From Octopus sinensis (taxonomy: Eukaryota), in NCBI RefSeq assembly GCF_006345805.1, contig NC_042998.1:144584001-144648000 (forward strand): a stretch of DNA of 64,000 nucleotides, written 5' to 3'. This document shows, in pieces, positions 1 to 12,605 of this stretch (its first letter is position 1; each line of letters begins with the position of its first letter). The position numbers and the translations under genes are program-made. The notes beneath the pieces were generated by a model that did not search any database, was not told where the DNA came from, and saw only the letters and a list, made by a program, of their open reading frames with translations.

Positions 1-170
1 TGGAAAGCAATGATACAGTGGCAGAGGACCAAGAGGACAGAATTGGGGAGTGGGACGTAAGCCTACTGCATGAAGTGGAAATGTGAGGAAGAGATGTAGT
101 TTGGTTTGTTGTGGTAGAGTGTGTGAGAAATTTTCTTGTTAAGTGCGGGTGGGACACACAGCGCTTCTAG

Positions 171-820
171 AACCCAGTTTTGCTGACATGGGCAGGTCTT
201 CTCAAGAACTTCATATTGCCAGACATCTCAGTCCATTGTCATTTCCTTCATGAGGTCCAGCATCCTGAGATTGGTCCTTATCACTTCATCCCATGTCTTC
301 CTGGGTCTCCCTCTTCTGTGGGTACCATCCACACTCAGTGATTGGTACTTCTTTATGCAGCTGTCCCTATTCATATGCATCATGTGTCCAAACCAATGTA
401 GTCTTTTCTTTTGCATGCTACATTTGATTCCTCTTATGCCCGACTTTTCCCTCAATGCATTTGCACTTTGTCATACATGCACACTGACATTGCAAATCCA
501 ACGGAGCATACTATCTTCATTTCTCTTCAGTCTATGCAGGTCTTCTGCATTCAAAGGCCATATCTCATGACCATGGAGTATAACCGTTTGCGCACATATA
601 GTCTACCTTTCACTCTGAAAAAGAGTCCTTTTGTTGCCAACAGAGGTAATAGCTCTCTGAACTTCCTCCACCTAATTCTTATTCTAGAAACAATACTTTC
701 AGAACATCCTCTACCATTATTAATTTGGTCACCTAAATAGCAGAAACTATGTACAACCTGAAGAGAGCCTCCTGGGCATTTGAGAGAATCTGAGTCCCAT
801 GTGCTCTTAGTGCTTATTGT
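171..820 (-). mobile_element. RTE-clade LINE, 3' ORF2 fragment (degenerate)
   Basis: Minus-strand peptides LQVVHSFCYLGDQI...RIRIRWRKFRELLPLLATKG and RLHWFGHMMHM...RRGRPRKTWDEVI are typical of the RTE C-terminus. Confidence 0.88.
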
Positions 821-870
821 TCCTGCACATCTGCCACGCAAAAAGACAACTTTGTGTGTGTGTGTGTATA

Positions 871-2140
871 CAGGGGTTGGACAAAATAGTGGAAACACCT
901 AGCATCATAGCATCATAATTTTGTAATATCTATAAAACTGTCAAAAGCTTGTTTATTTTTATGCTTTTTGATTTATTAATAGTGTTGCTTAATATGTTTT
1001 GCTAAAATTGCTGTTTCTTTTCAGATATCATCAGAAAAAGGTAATTAAAATTCATTAAAATGGAACATCTATCAGACTTTCAAAGCGGTCAAATTGTTGT
1101 TGCTTGTATGGCAGGTGCTAGCATAATAAAAACAGCCAAAATGTTTGGTGTATCAAGAAGTACTGTCTCAAAAGTAATGACAGCCTTTGAGAAAGAGAGA
1201 GAACCTCATTGTCAAAACAAAACTGCAGAAGAAAACCAAAACTCTCAGATAGGGACCGTCAAACTCTTACGTGAATTGTTACAAAAGATCACAAAAGTAC
1301 AGCTCCCAAAATTACTGCAGAGCTTAATGACCACCTTGAGAACCCAGTTTCCACAAAAACTGTTCACCAGGAGCTGCACAAAGCTGGATTTCACAGGAGG
1401 GCTGCATACAGAAAACCACTACTTTCAAAAACAAACGTTGCAAAGCATTTAGAGTGGAGTAAAAACCAACAGAATTGGTCCCTAGAGCAGTAGAAGAATG
1501 TTATTTTCTCGGATGAGTCATCCTTTACCTTATTTCCAACCACCAGCCGAGTATACGTGTACAGACAACCAATAGAAGCATTTGACTCAGACTATCTTCT
1601 TCCAACTGTTAAACATGGAAGAGGATCTGTAATGATTTGAGGGGCTATATCTTGGAAATCCGCCAGCCCAATGGTTTCCCTTCATGGCAGAATTAATAGT
1701 AAAGACTATTTAAGCATTTTATCTGATCAAATTCATCCTATGATTGCGGAACTGTTTCCAGAGGGAAACAATCTTTCAGGATGATAATGCACCAATTCAC
1801 ACGGCTAAAATTCTTACTGAATGGCACAAGGAACATTCCAGTGAAGTTGAACATCTTATCTGGCCACCACAGTCCACAGATTTCAATATTATTGAACATT
1901 TATGGTGCATTTTAGAAAAACAAGTAAGGAGTCGATATCCTCCACCATTATCACTACAAGAACTGGAGACTGTTTTAGCTGAAGAATGGACAAAAATTCC
2001 TTTGGAAACAATTCAAACTTTGTATGAGTCCATACCTCATAGAATTCAAGCTGTCATGACTGCCAAAGGCAGTCTTACCCCACATTAAAATAAATTTGTT
2101 TGAAATTTTAAGGTGCTTCCATTATTTTGTCCAACCCCTG
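871..2140 (+). mobile_element. Full-length Tc1/mariner DNA transposon, DD36E (Incomer-type), inactivated
   Basis: 30-bp TIRs CAGGGGTTGGACAAAATAGTGGAAACACCT / ...AATAATGGAAGCACCT (28/30), TA on both sides. Transposase from ATG 1060; VIFSDES, FQDDNAPIH and WPPQSTDFNIIEHLW present; 36 residues between the second D and E; two in-frame stops and two frameshifts. Confidence 0.93.
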
Positions 2141-2156
2141 TATATATATGCACATC

Positions 2157-2310
2157 AGGCTTCTTTCAGTTTCTGTCTACTAAATCCACTCAAAAGGCTT
2201 TGGTCAGCCCAAGGTTATAGTAGAAGATACTTGACCAAGGTTCCACACAGTGGGAGTGATCCTGGAACCATGTGGTTGGGAAGCAAGCTTCTTACCACAC
2301 AGACATGCCT
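2157..2310 (-). mobile_element. tRNA-headed SINE family A (abundant; about 18 partial or full copies in the window)
   Basis: Consensus-like GGCTGTGTGGTAAGAAGCTTGCTTCCCAACCACATGG..GGTTCAGTCCCACTG..CACCTTGGGCAAGTGTCTTCTACTATAGCC..GAAACTGAAAGAAGCC. Other copies near 10701+, 12100+, 13885-, 15655+, 19280-, 19615+, 25345+, 28312-, 33060+, 37940+, 39995+, 50833-, 51475+, 54040-, 56668+, 59983-, 63800+. Confidence 0.85.
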
Positions 2311-2339
2311 TCATCTCTGTATGTGTATGTATTAACTGA

Positions 2340-2505
2340 TGATGGTGTGTTTACATCCTTGTAATTTAACAGTTCAGCAAAAGAGACTGATAGAATAAGT
2401 ACTAGGCTTACAAAGAATAAGTCCTGGGGTCAATTTGTTTGACTAAAGGCAGTGTTCCAGCATGGCCATAGTCAAAAGACTGAAACAAATAAAAGAGTAA
2501 AAGAG
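2340..2505 (+). mobile_element. SINE 3' module (GTTCGGCAAAAGAGAC.GATAGAATAAGTAC...ATGACTGAAACAAGTAAAAG)
   Basis: Repeated at ~11245-11430, 15880-15990, 35295-35460 and 56900-57065, often downstream of family A heads. Confidence 0.75.
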
Positions 2506-2524
2506 TATATATATATATATATAT

Positions 2525-2616
2525 CTGGTGCAGCCTTCGGGCTCCCCAGACCCCAGTTGAACCGTCCAACCCATGCTAGCATGGAAAGCGGACGTTAAAC
2601 GATGATGATGATGATG

Positions 2617-2617
<1 letters not shown>
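2525..2617 (+). mobile_element. Short 3' tail of RTE LINE with (GAT)n end
   Basis: CCCCAGTTGAACCGTCCAACCCATGCTAGCATGGAAAGCGGACGTTAAACGATGATG. The same tail terminates the RT-bearing LINE at 30163-32395; many degenerate copies across the window. Confidence 0.8.
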
Positions 2618-2648
<31 letters not shown>

Positions 2649-2879
2649 ATATATATAAATATATATGCATCTATATATATTGCAGTGACTTGTTGGGTAC
2701 ACACACATTAATTATCACATGCAAGATAAACATTAACAAACAGTTGTGTCTTCTTGATAATCTTCTGATTGTGATTATTATTATTTAAAAAAGCAGAATG
2801 TTTTGGTGGTGTTTTATAGTTGATTGTAAATACAAACAATAAGAAGCCCAATCAAGGACGCTATCTTGACACTTAATTG

Positions 2880-3260
2880 ACTTTCTTTTATTATCTTTAT
2901 TATCATCACCATCATTACCTCAACAGCATCATCACTGCCACCATTATCTCAAAAGCATCATCGCCATCATCATTACTACTGACACTTCCAGTGCTATCAC
3001 TATCTGCAATATTACTACTGTCATGGTACTGTTAGTACTGTCACAAGTAGCAGCAAAAGCAGCAGCACCACCACTATCATCAAACCATCATTACTGCCAC
3101 CACCACTGTCATGGCCATCATCATCATCATTACCCCATCATTGCCACCACAACCACCACTGTCACCACCCTCCCTATGATCATCACCACCCATTGCTGTC
3201 ACCACCACCCCATCACTTCCACCACCACCCTAACCAGTACAACAACTCATGAACCAGTGT
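2880..3260. repeat. Degenerate (CAT/CAC)n trinucleotide low-complexity tract
   Basis: Runs of catcatcat/caccaccac; source of the spurious His/Thr-rich ORF 3023-3310. Confidence 0.8.
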
Positions 3261-5589
3261 CACCATGGTTTCCTTTTATTATTATTTCTTCAATTACAAG
3301 ACTAGAATAATATTGTTTGAAGCCTTTGAGAACTGAAAGTGGTAGTGGTGGCTGTAGATGTGATGATTGTTATGGCAGGGACACTGGAAATGGGTTGAAG
3401 TGAAAATTAGAAACATCACAACATATGAAAAATAAAGTCAATGGAGAGTGGGAGAGAGAGAGAGAGAGTGAACAAGAAGAAATGATGCATGCTGGCAAAT
3501 AAATGACCCATGAATTATAGTCCAAAAACAGATTTGGAAAGTCTAACACTATCTTCAGGACGATATATTAATGATAGTGGTGGTGGTGGTTAGTAGCACA
3601 GCTACACTGTCTTTAACTTTTTCCCTCAGGGAAAGTTTTAAAAAAACACACATAATCTGAGAAATCTAAGGTTTGTTTATTAGTGATAACTGGAATAAGG
3701 GGTGACCCAAAGAATACACAAAGACCAGTACACAGCATGTGAGAACTAACCTTTTGGATATACTAATTAATCTATTCAGTCCATGCCTTTTTTGGTTTAT
3801 TAATTAGTTGAAAAAAAAAACAAAACAGTTGTGCTTGTTATCATTATAGACCCTGCACATCATCAAGATCGATGTGGTTTGATGTTCAGTTTGAAATCGA
3901 TGGTGAATAGAGTGTTAATCAATTGGATGGCTTGTTTTGGTTGTAATCTAAAATGAGTGTGTTAGCTGTTGGTGATAAAAAAAAATTGTGAGTAATAATA
4001 ATACCCCGATCTGTGGGAAATAACATTGTGGATTGTTGTTGTTGTAGAGGGCCAGCTGCTGTTCAGAGCTGAACTATCATCTGGCTTTGTGATGTAGATT
4101 TAGCCAGGTTATAAATGTAATAATGTGTGACTATAAGTCACAAAAGAGTTGATGTTAGGGTTATGTTGTGAAAAAAAAAAAAAACCCAAAAACTGAATAC
4201 ATGACAGTGAAATAAGGCTGAGACCAAACTGAAGGTAGACAGCACTTAGAAATGGATCCAAAATATGCTAATATAGGAAAATATAAACCTGAGTCAATAC
4301 TGAAGGAAAGGTAAAGTCAAAGTAGCAAGAAATCATAATCAACCAATACTAGATGGTGGTGAAGGTAGAGTTATAAAAGGAAAAAATTGAAGAGAGGAGA
4401 GAGTGAATGAGAGAGAGAAAGAGAGAAAATAAAGAGAGGGGGAGGAGAGAGAGAAAGAAATATTAAGAAAACAAAACAATACTGTAGCTACTATATGAAA
4501 AACAAACAAACTGTTGATGAAAGCAATATAAATATAGTTAAGTAATAACCTATATTTGTCAACATCCACAAATTTAGAATTGAGAACAAAAAAAGTTTGG
4601 ATGTTGAGACTGACGTGTGTTGTAGGTACTTTATAGTAATAATATTATGTCATTGTTATAAAACAATCAGAGCCCAAATTAAAGTTGAATTTAGAATATT
4701 CTACCTGCCCTACCCCATGCCAATGAAGAAGAAATGCAAAACAAACTTAGTTTATATTCTTACCAAAAGCTGCCACTCTATAAATAACTATGCCTTATTT
4801 AACAAAGAAATATTTCAGTCATACAACTATTAGCAAGAAGTAATTAGTTCAATATCATTAATTACAAAATCATAATAAGACTGTTAAATATTCAATGTTT
4901 CATTAATGAAATAAATGAGAAACAGCCAAATTGCTTTAACCTAAACATCACATGCAAACAATTATCAATGTCTCACCTAAAATCATCACCCTCTCTCTAA
5001 CATACTGTAACTTCTCACAAACTCTCACTTAGAGTCATCATGCTCTTTCCTATTCCTTCTTTCAGTGATGAAGGATCTTTTGCAAAGCAAGCTTCTCATA
5101 CTTCTCACACAGCAATATGTGATGATGAAAAAACTCAACACAAACATCTTTATTCTAACATGTTATTAAATGTAATATAGGAGACAATAAATAAGACATT
5201 GCCATAAAATGGTTGCACTCTTCATTTACTGTAATTTCACTTATTTTAACATCACCAATGCTTGCAGTAAAGTTATGAATAAAAGTAAACTTTACTTCTC
5301 TTCTATAATTAATTAGAGTACCTTGTGTCTAGAGGAAATTATTGCAAAATACAAGTACAAAAGCTGAAAAAAGATCAAGTGAATATGTCACAAGAGTTGT
5401 AACCTGTTTACTGGAATGTGATGCAAAAAGATTGCTAGTCATAACTTAAAAAAAAAAAATGAAATTGTTGTATACAGTGTTCAGGTGCACTACAACTCAT
5501 CAGAAAAAGTAACCAAAACTGCATGAACAGTACATAGAATATGCACAGGAAATGAACAATGAATAAGTCTACAAAAAAAGTGGGGTGGC

Positions 5590-6060
5590 ACCAAGTTGTA
5601 CTGTTGGCAAATTTCAGGAAGCATGGAAGTTTTGAACACTGTAGTTGGTATCTCAACAGCTAACAATTAATGCAGGTAGTTTATTCCATGCTTCCACAAT
5701 TCTGAGCGTAAAAAAATGTTTCCAAAAGTCATGGGTGCTGTCCTGTTTTTTGATTTTATGAGCATGTCCATGAATATTAGACATATGGAATACAAAAAAA
5801 GGTGCCCAAGGTTGTTGTTGAAAATATGGTGGTTAATCTTGTCAATGTCTACCAAGTCAGTTGCCAGACATTGGAGCTTAAATGTGTTCATGCCCACGGA
5901 AGTAAAACGTTCAGCATATGGTAGATGCCTGATGGCAGGTATTTGTCTGGTTGCACGTTTCTGAAGTTTCCAGGAGATTGATATGCCAAACAAGATAGAG
6001 GTTCCAGACAGGTGATGCAAACTTTAAGCATGGATGTACCTTAGTCATATACAGCTTTAA
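5590..6060 (-). mobile_element. CR1-clade LINE 3' fragment
   Basis: KLQKRATRQIPAIRHLPYAERFTSVGMNTFKLQCLATDLVDIDKI followed by ...RIVEAWNKLP, typical of the CR1 RT C-terminus. Confidence 0.8.
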
Positions 6061-6180
6061 ATAGATAGCTAGAGAGAAACTGACAAAGGTCTTACTGAGT
6101 GATAGCTAGGACCAAATCCTAAGGACTGGCCCTTCTCTTCAGAACAAGAAAATATTTCAGCCTCCCCCCACCCCCAACAA

Positions 6181-6545
6181 ATGCTGACACTCTACAAGGC
6201 TCAAATGAGGCCTACAATGAAATACTGCTCCCATATCTGGGATGCTGCTGCTGCTGCTATGCATACAGACATCCTGAACCATGTCCAGAGAAGGGGTCAT
6301 TCAACTAAATGAAATTCAATTATTAGGACATACTCAAACCTCTGGCCTGTCTTTTCTACTGCAATAGTAATGGCTTCTGTTCCTCAACGTTGACTGCTTT
6401 TGTGCTTCCACTCTCAAGTCACTTATCTTTCCGCTGCTCATTACTCTTGGTGTGTCCAACACTCTCAGCCCTGCAGTCACCATCATACCCAGAACATCCC
6501 CCAACCCACTCTGTAATCTGCCTGATCATGCCTTTCCTTCAGGTG
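6181..6545 (+). mobile_element. CR1/L2-group (Crack/Daphne-like) LINE fragment
   Basis: MLTLYKAQMRPTMKYCSHIWD...DILNHVQRR, then a degenerate CLFY...LCSS...PPL-like segment. Confidence 0.7.
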
Positions 6546-6920
6546 TTGACATGCAACAATTTAAATGAAATATTAATAGCATCAAACTATTAATGTAGTG
6601 ATAGTTGTAAAAAAGTGTCACTGTCATTCATTTCCAGTCTTCCATGAAAAACATGTCTGGAAACAGGTGATTGTTGGTGACTGGAAGGGTATCCAGCTGT
6701 GGTAAATCTTTTAATGTTCACTTTTTTTATTTTTGTGCTTTTTTTCTGTGTACAGTGTATGTACTTGTAGCTTTCATTGCCACCTTTCTTCACTTGACTT
6801 ACATATATTGGTTTTCTGTCACCTCTTATACCTTTTCTTCAACAAGTTGTAGTGTACCTGAGCACTTTATGCAATAAGCTTATCATAGCTATCATTATTA
6901 TTATAGCTATTATTATTATT

Positions 6921-7115
6921 AAGGTGGCAAGCTGGCAGAATCGTTAGCACGCTGGGCAAAATGCTTTGCGGTATTCCGTCTGTCTTTCACCAGGGTCAAC
7001 TTTGCCTTTCATCCTTTTGGGGTCAATAAACTAAGGACCAGTGAAACACTGAGGTTGATATAATTGACTAGTCTCCTCCTACAAAATTTCAGGACTTGTG
7101 CCTTTAGTAGAAAGG

Positions 7116-7147
<32 letters not shown>

Positions 7148-7350
7148 ATCATTAGCATGCTGGATGAAATGCTTAGCAGTATTTTGCCCATTGCTATGTT
7201 TTGAGTTCAAATTCCTCCAAGGTCAACTGTGCCTTTCATCATTTCAGGGTCAATAAAATAAGCACCAGTTGTATACTGGGGTCAATGTAATCAACTATCC
7301 CCCTCCACCAAATTTCAGGCCTTGTGCCTATAGTAGAATGGATTATTAAA
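6921..7350 (+). mobile_element. Two tandem copies of SINE family C separated by (ATT)n
   Basis: AAGG(T/C)GGCGAGCTGGCAGAATCGTTAGCACG head and GCCTTTCATCCTTT.GGGGTCAATAAA..A.GTACCAGT core. Other copies at ~16932-17130+, 18210-18415-, 45355-45505-, 50000-50100+, 58610-58690+. Confidence 0.8.
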
Positions 7351-8083
7351 TATTTTTGCTGCTGCTGCTAGAGATATCTATCATAGAAATAGCAGCATTC
7401 TGACCAGTCAGCTGCTACAAAGAACCACAGAAGATGGCAGGCATGGCATTGAAAAGAATGGGTGTGTATGGTGGTGGGGTAGTTGAGATATTTAATTTTG
7501 GGAAATGAACTTGGCATAGTAAAGCATCAATGGATTAAGTTTTTTTTTTGGATGGGAATCTGTTGCATACTACAGAACAGCAGTCAATTAGCACTTGCTT
7601 TATTCAATGAAGAGATGAAAGACAAAAGATTGACTTTGACAAGTTTGGAACACACAAAAAAATAAAAGAAAAACGAAAACAAAACATTGTAAAGTATCTG
7701 ATTTAGTTTGTTACAATCAACCACACAGACACACACACTAAACCTCACTAAATTTCCTCACTTTGAACTTGGATATTGATAAGATAAATAATGGTGGGGA
7801 ATGATGTTTGGAGTGGCTGTTGGCACTTACTGTGGCAGTTCCAGCAGCAGCAATAGTAGAAGTAGTAGTGGTGATGGTAGCGATAGTAGTGGTGGTGGTG
7901 GTAGTAGTAGTAATAGTAGGTGATAGTAGGGAAAAGAAAATTCCATCAAACACTTTCCTCTAATCAGTCAAAATCCAATTCCAACATTAAATTGTGTAAT
8001 AATTTCTATTATTGCTATCATTGTTCTCAGTATTTGTTTAACCTGATTGTATTATTTTTATTGTTAATGTGTGTGTATGTATG

Positions 8084-8131
<48 letters not shown>

Positions 8132-8152
8132 CATACACACACACACACACGA

Positions 8153-8336
8153 TAGGGTGCTGAAAAGTTCCTGGCTTTAAGGATATCGCAAAAGTTCTTT
8201 TACAGGGCTTAGAAAAACTGAAGGACTGCTGCAATAATTGCGTGAATCTGAGAAGGAGAATATGTTGAATAAAATCATAATTAACAGATCCTCCTGTATT
8301 TTCTTTTGCCTAAAGGTAGGAACTTTTCAGTACCCA
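8153..8336. mobile_element. Mariner-derived MITE
   Basis: Ends GGGTGCTGAAAAGTTCCTGGCTTT / AAAGGTAGGAACTTTTCAGTACCC. Second copy at 26214-26425; solo TIR near 26508. Confidence 0.75.
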
Positions 8337-8354
8337 CTTATGTATGTATATATT

Positions 8355-8652
8355 TATTTATGCGCCCTTTTCAAGCCTAGCCAGGCTCATGGGCCCGGTT
8401 TCCGTGGTGTATGTGTTCCCCCCAGCTGGACGGGACATCAGTCCGTCGCAATGTTACTCAAGAAACAGGAAGAGAGAGTGAGAGAAAGTTGGGGCGAAAG
8501 AGTACAACAGGGGTCGCCACCACCCCCTGCCGGAGCCTCGTGGTACTTTAGGTGTTTTCGCTCAATAAACACACACAACGCCCGGTCTAGGAATCGAAAC
8601 CGCGATCCTCCGACTGCAAGTCCGCTGCCCTAACCACTAGGCCATTGCACCT
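8355..8652 (-). mobile_element. Young tRNA-headed SINE with a V-domain-like core
   Basis: Minus strand reads GGTGCAATGGCCTAGTGGTTAGGGCAGCGGAC...GGTTTCGATTCC (A/B boxes) and TGCGACGGACTGATGTCCCGTCCAG. Older copy at 26541-26835+. V-domain assignment is from recall. Confidence 0.7.
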
Positions 8653-8754
8653 CCTATGTATGTATATATATATATATATATAATTATTTTATGATATTTC
8701 CTTATACCATCACTTGCAGTGATTGTTCTTGCACAATAAAATAAAAAATTTAAA

Positions 8755-8997
8755 CCCTTTTAATAATAACTTACCTGAGATTGCTTGCTCCACCCCAACA
8801 GCTTCTAAGTTACAAACCCTTTGTTTTAAAGTGATCTAGATTAAAAAACCTTCTAACAAAATTCCATGCTAATTAATGTTTCAAGCACCAGCTTAATTAA
8901 TAACGACAAATTTATTTTACCAAATTCTTCATTATTTTCAAAATTAACTAAAAAAACATAGGCAGTGTATTTCTACAGAAATATGGTAACAAAGGGG
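8755..8997. mobile_element. piggyBac-type MITE family 1
   Basis: CCCTTT...CAAAGGGG termini with TTAA on the right; same family as 43293-43514. Confidence 0.7.
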
Positions 8998-10084
8998 TTA
9001 AGGAAATTTACTAAACATCCCGCTTTGTTGTGAAATCACTTTAAAATACAGAAATACAACAACAATACAAAATACTTTAACAGAAAGGAACTGAATAACA
9101 ATTAAACACTAAACTCTCCTTGATTTTCTTAATTATTTTATGGAAAGGAAAAGAATTATACAAAACAAAAAATATATAGAAAAAATACTCCTCCCTTCTC
9201 CTGTGTGTGTGTGTGTTAGAATATTGCTGCTATATGTATGTAAGTGTGTGAATATGTACATGTATATGTGTGTAGGAATATTACTGCTGTGTCTATGTGT
9301 GTGTAAATATGAAAAGATGCACATGCATGCACCTGCATGCACATATATGAATGTGTCTGCAGATGTGTGTGTATATTTATGTGATACAATTAGAGAGAAG
9401 GGAAGAGAAGGAAAGACACTGTGAGCTGTGATATGTGAGTGAAGAGAAAAAGAGAGACAGATAGAGAGAATCCTCATGCATGCAAATGTGAATGTATAAG
9501 AACCTTGTGTGGGAGTGACATAGACCTGCATGCATGTGTATGTGTGTTCATTTGTGTGTGTGTGTGTGTTTTTGCTTTATTTACTTTCAAATTTAAGCCT
9601 TTGACAGCAGAAGACTTCACTCTGGATAAGATGTACATGAACAACACCACCAACAACAAGTAACTACTACTACTACTACTACTAGAGAGTACTTATGATG
9701 GTGGTTGGTAGAAAGATTAGGTTGGTAAATTAGAAAGGAAACAAGTTTAGAGAGCTATCTTGATACTTTGATTGAGAATTAGCTGAGATGTTAAATGAAA
9801 GAAAGCATAGTAAAGTGATGCATAGCTGCTGTTACAGAGGAAAATATATGTAAGTACACACACACACACACACACACAGTGTTCATTTTTGCTCATTCAC
9901 CAAGAAGCAACAAATTAATAACTTTATATATACATGTAGATTATTCTTTAATAAATTTTTACTCAAGGGTTTAAAAATGTTACTCTGTGTGTGCGTGTGT
10001 GTGTGTGTGTGTAAGTAAGTAAGTAAAATCCCTAGCTGCTGACTGGAGGGAGAGGCTATCCTCTCAACCAATACGCTACTGAGG

Positions 10085-10300
10085 GTGTAGTCGGATTATG
10101 GATTCTGTTGATGATGTTATTGCATGCTTTTCAATCCATGGTGTTGGTCTTAGCCATAGCATGCTTGAGGTCAAGGTGCTGTTTTGCCCATGTCTTATTT
10201 GGTGCACTGTGCTGGATTCTCCAGTGCATGGGTTGCTGCCACTACAACAGTTGTTGCGGTGTCAGTCTCCTAGTGTTCATCCTATAGATGTAGCCAAAAC
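10085..10300 (-). mobile_element. Old RTE/RTE-X LINE 3' end
   Basis: Minus-strand YIYRMNTRRLTPQQLL*WQQPMH...PNKTWAKQ resembles the RLPKQLLY.W.P...RP.KTW pattern. Confidence 0.5.
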
Positions 10301-11172
10301 ACAGTAGCCTGCACTGCTGGACTTGGGTTTTCAATGGTTGGTTTCAGTCTCACAACATGGTATTTTATGCAAGTGTCTTCTACTATATAGCCACAAGCCA
10401 ACCAATGCCTTGTTAGTGGGTTTGGTAGGTAGCAACATAAAAGTCTACCATGTGGTCATGTTTGTGTCTCCTTGTCTTGACATCATGTGCTATTTTATAA
10501 ATGGATGTCACTGCCATACAAGCAGGGTCATCCATTTCCAATCTTCTGGGGAAATATTAACTTCCTTCAAAACAGATGAGGGTTGGTGACAAAAAGGGTA
10601 TCAGCCCATAGAAAATCCACTTTAATAAATTCTACCCAACTTATACAAGCATGAAAAAGCAGACATTAAAATGATGACTGATTATATATATATAGACACA
10701 GACATGGCTGTGTGGTAAGAAGTTTGCTTCCCAACCACATGGTTTTGGGTTCAGTCCCATTGTGTGGCACCTTCAGTAAGTATCTTCTACTGTAGCCTTA
10801 GGCCAACCAAAGCTTTGCGAATGGATTTTACAGACAGAAACTGAAAGAAGACCATCATACATATATATAATAAGAATGGACTCTCCTGTCATTAGATGAA
10901 GTAAGAGGGTTCAACAATTTCTTACCGAACAACCACACAGATGATTTGTTTATAGTGACCAAATGTTTGTGAAGTCATAAGCTCACTCCCTCCATCAGAT
11001 TGGCATTACCTGTACAGGTGCAGCGAGTGCCACATCTCATATGTCAAAATGATCACAGAGCAATGAGAAATGAAGTGCTTTGCTCAAGAATACAACGCAT
11101 CGCCCTGTCTGAGAATTGAACCCGTGATCTCATAATCGTGAGTGCAACACCCTAACCACTAAGCCATGCACC

Positions 11173-11203
<31 letters not shown>

Positions 11204-11619
11204 ATATATATATATGTCTGTGTGTCTTTGTCCCCTAGCACCGATTGACAACAGGTGTTTGTGTATTTACGTTCCCATAACTTAGTGGTTCAGCAAAAGA
11301 ACTGATAGAATAAGTACCAGGCTTTAAAAAAAAAAAACAAAGTACTGGGGTCGATTCATTTGATTAAGAATTCTTCAAGACAGTGTCCCAGCATAGCTGC
11401 AGTCTAATGACTGAAACAAGATAAAAGATACGTGCACACACATACACACACACATACACCATCACCATATTATGTTCACATTTCCATGCTTGCATGGATC
11501 ATATAAAATTCATTGAAGCAGTGCTTTTTTAGAAAATTTGCAAACAAACAACACCACATGTATGACAGTGATGTTCATTTACAATTAGTGTAGGATATCA
11601 AGGCAATGGGACACACTCT

Positions 11620-11654
<35 letters not shown>

Positions 11655-12275
11655 TTAACTGAATTCTAAAGAAATAATTAATTACATAACTCAAACTCAT
11701 AGTCAGGAATTAAGTTATTACCATGCTGGGGTTGCTTTGGTTGAGAAAACCACAAGTAATGATACTGATGGAGACTGAGAAGCACTTGATATAATATGTT
11801 ATAGATTGAAATGATTGTCATGCCAAGTCTTATAGAAATAAATATAAAACTCAGTTTGTACCCAGTATTGAATACTAAACCTGAAAGAAGTCCACTTTGA
11901 TTTAAACCAACAGCAGCAAAACCAGCCAAATTCCATTTGCAAGGTATTGGTCTGCCTGAGAATATGGTGAATGACTCTTTCCCAAGGTATTGTATACTGG
12001 AATCAAACTTGGATCCAGGTGTTGTCAGTTTGAACATAGAACAAGTAGAATATGTGGGTTGGATATGTCCAGTTTAAATGCTAAAAGGTTAAATTGGTTT
12101 CTGGTGCAGTGATTAAGAAGCTTGCTTCCCAACAATGTGATCTTGGGTTCAGTCCCATCATACAGCACCTTGGGCAAGTATTTTCTATTACAGCCCCAGG
12201 TCAACCAAAGACTTTTGAGTGGGTTTGGTAGACAGAAACTGCATGGAAACCTATTGTATATGTATGTATATGTGA

Positions 12276-12605
12276 ATGGCTCAGTGGTTAGAGTGTTGGG
12301 CTCACAATCATGAGGTTGTGAGTCCAATTCTCAGACTGGGCTGTGTGTTGTGTTGTTCACCCAGACACTTTATTTCACATTGCTCCAGTTCATTCAGCAA
12401 TAGAAATGAGTTGTGATGTCACTAGTGCCACGCTGAATCAGTCTTTGCCTTCCCCTTCGATAACATCAGTGGCATGGAGAGGGGAGGCTGGTATGCATGG
12501 GTGACTGCTGATCTTCCATCAACAATCTTGCCAGGACTTTTGCCTCAGAGGGTAACTTTCTAGGTGCAATCTCATGGTCATTCATGACCGAAGGGGTTCT
12601 TTACT
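12276..12605 (+). mobile_element. Long tRNA-headed SINE family D
   Basis: ATGGCTCAGTGGTTAGAG..GGGCTCACAATCATGAGGTTG head and TTTCACATTGCTCCAGTTCA.TCAGC...CTAGGTGCAATC.CATGGTCATTCATGACC body. Copies at 44625-44958-, 52650-52978-, partial 11060-11172- and 63300-63452-. Confidence 0.8.

Noticed and set aside
3023-3310. His/Thr-rich 95-aa ORF
   Set aside because: Product of a CAT/CAC trinucleotide tract; no splice or homology support.
8767-8810. Perfect minus-strand donor (CAG|gtaagt) as a possible GNB5 exon 2 end
   Set aside because: It lies inside a piggyBac-type MITE, and the upstream peptide (WSKQSQ) does not match the conserved GH..KVL..DW..D.R.IVSSSQ.
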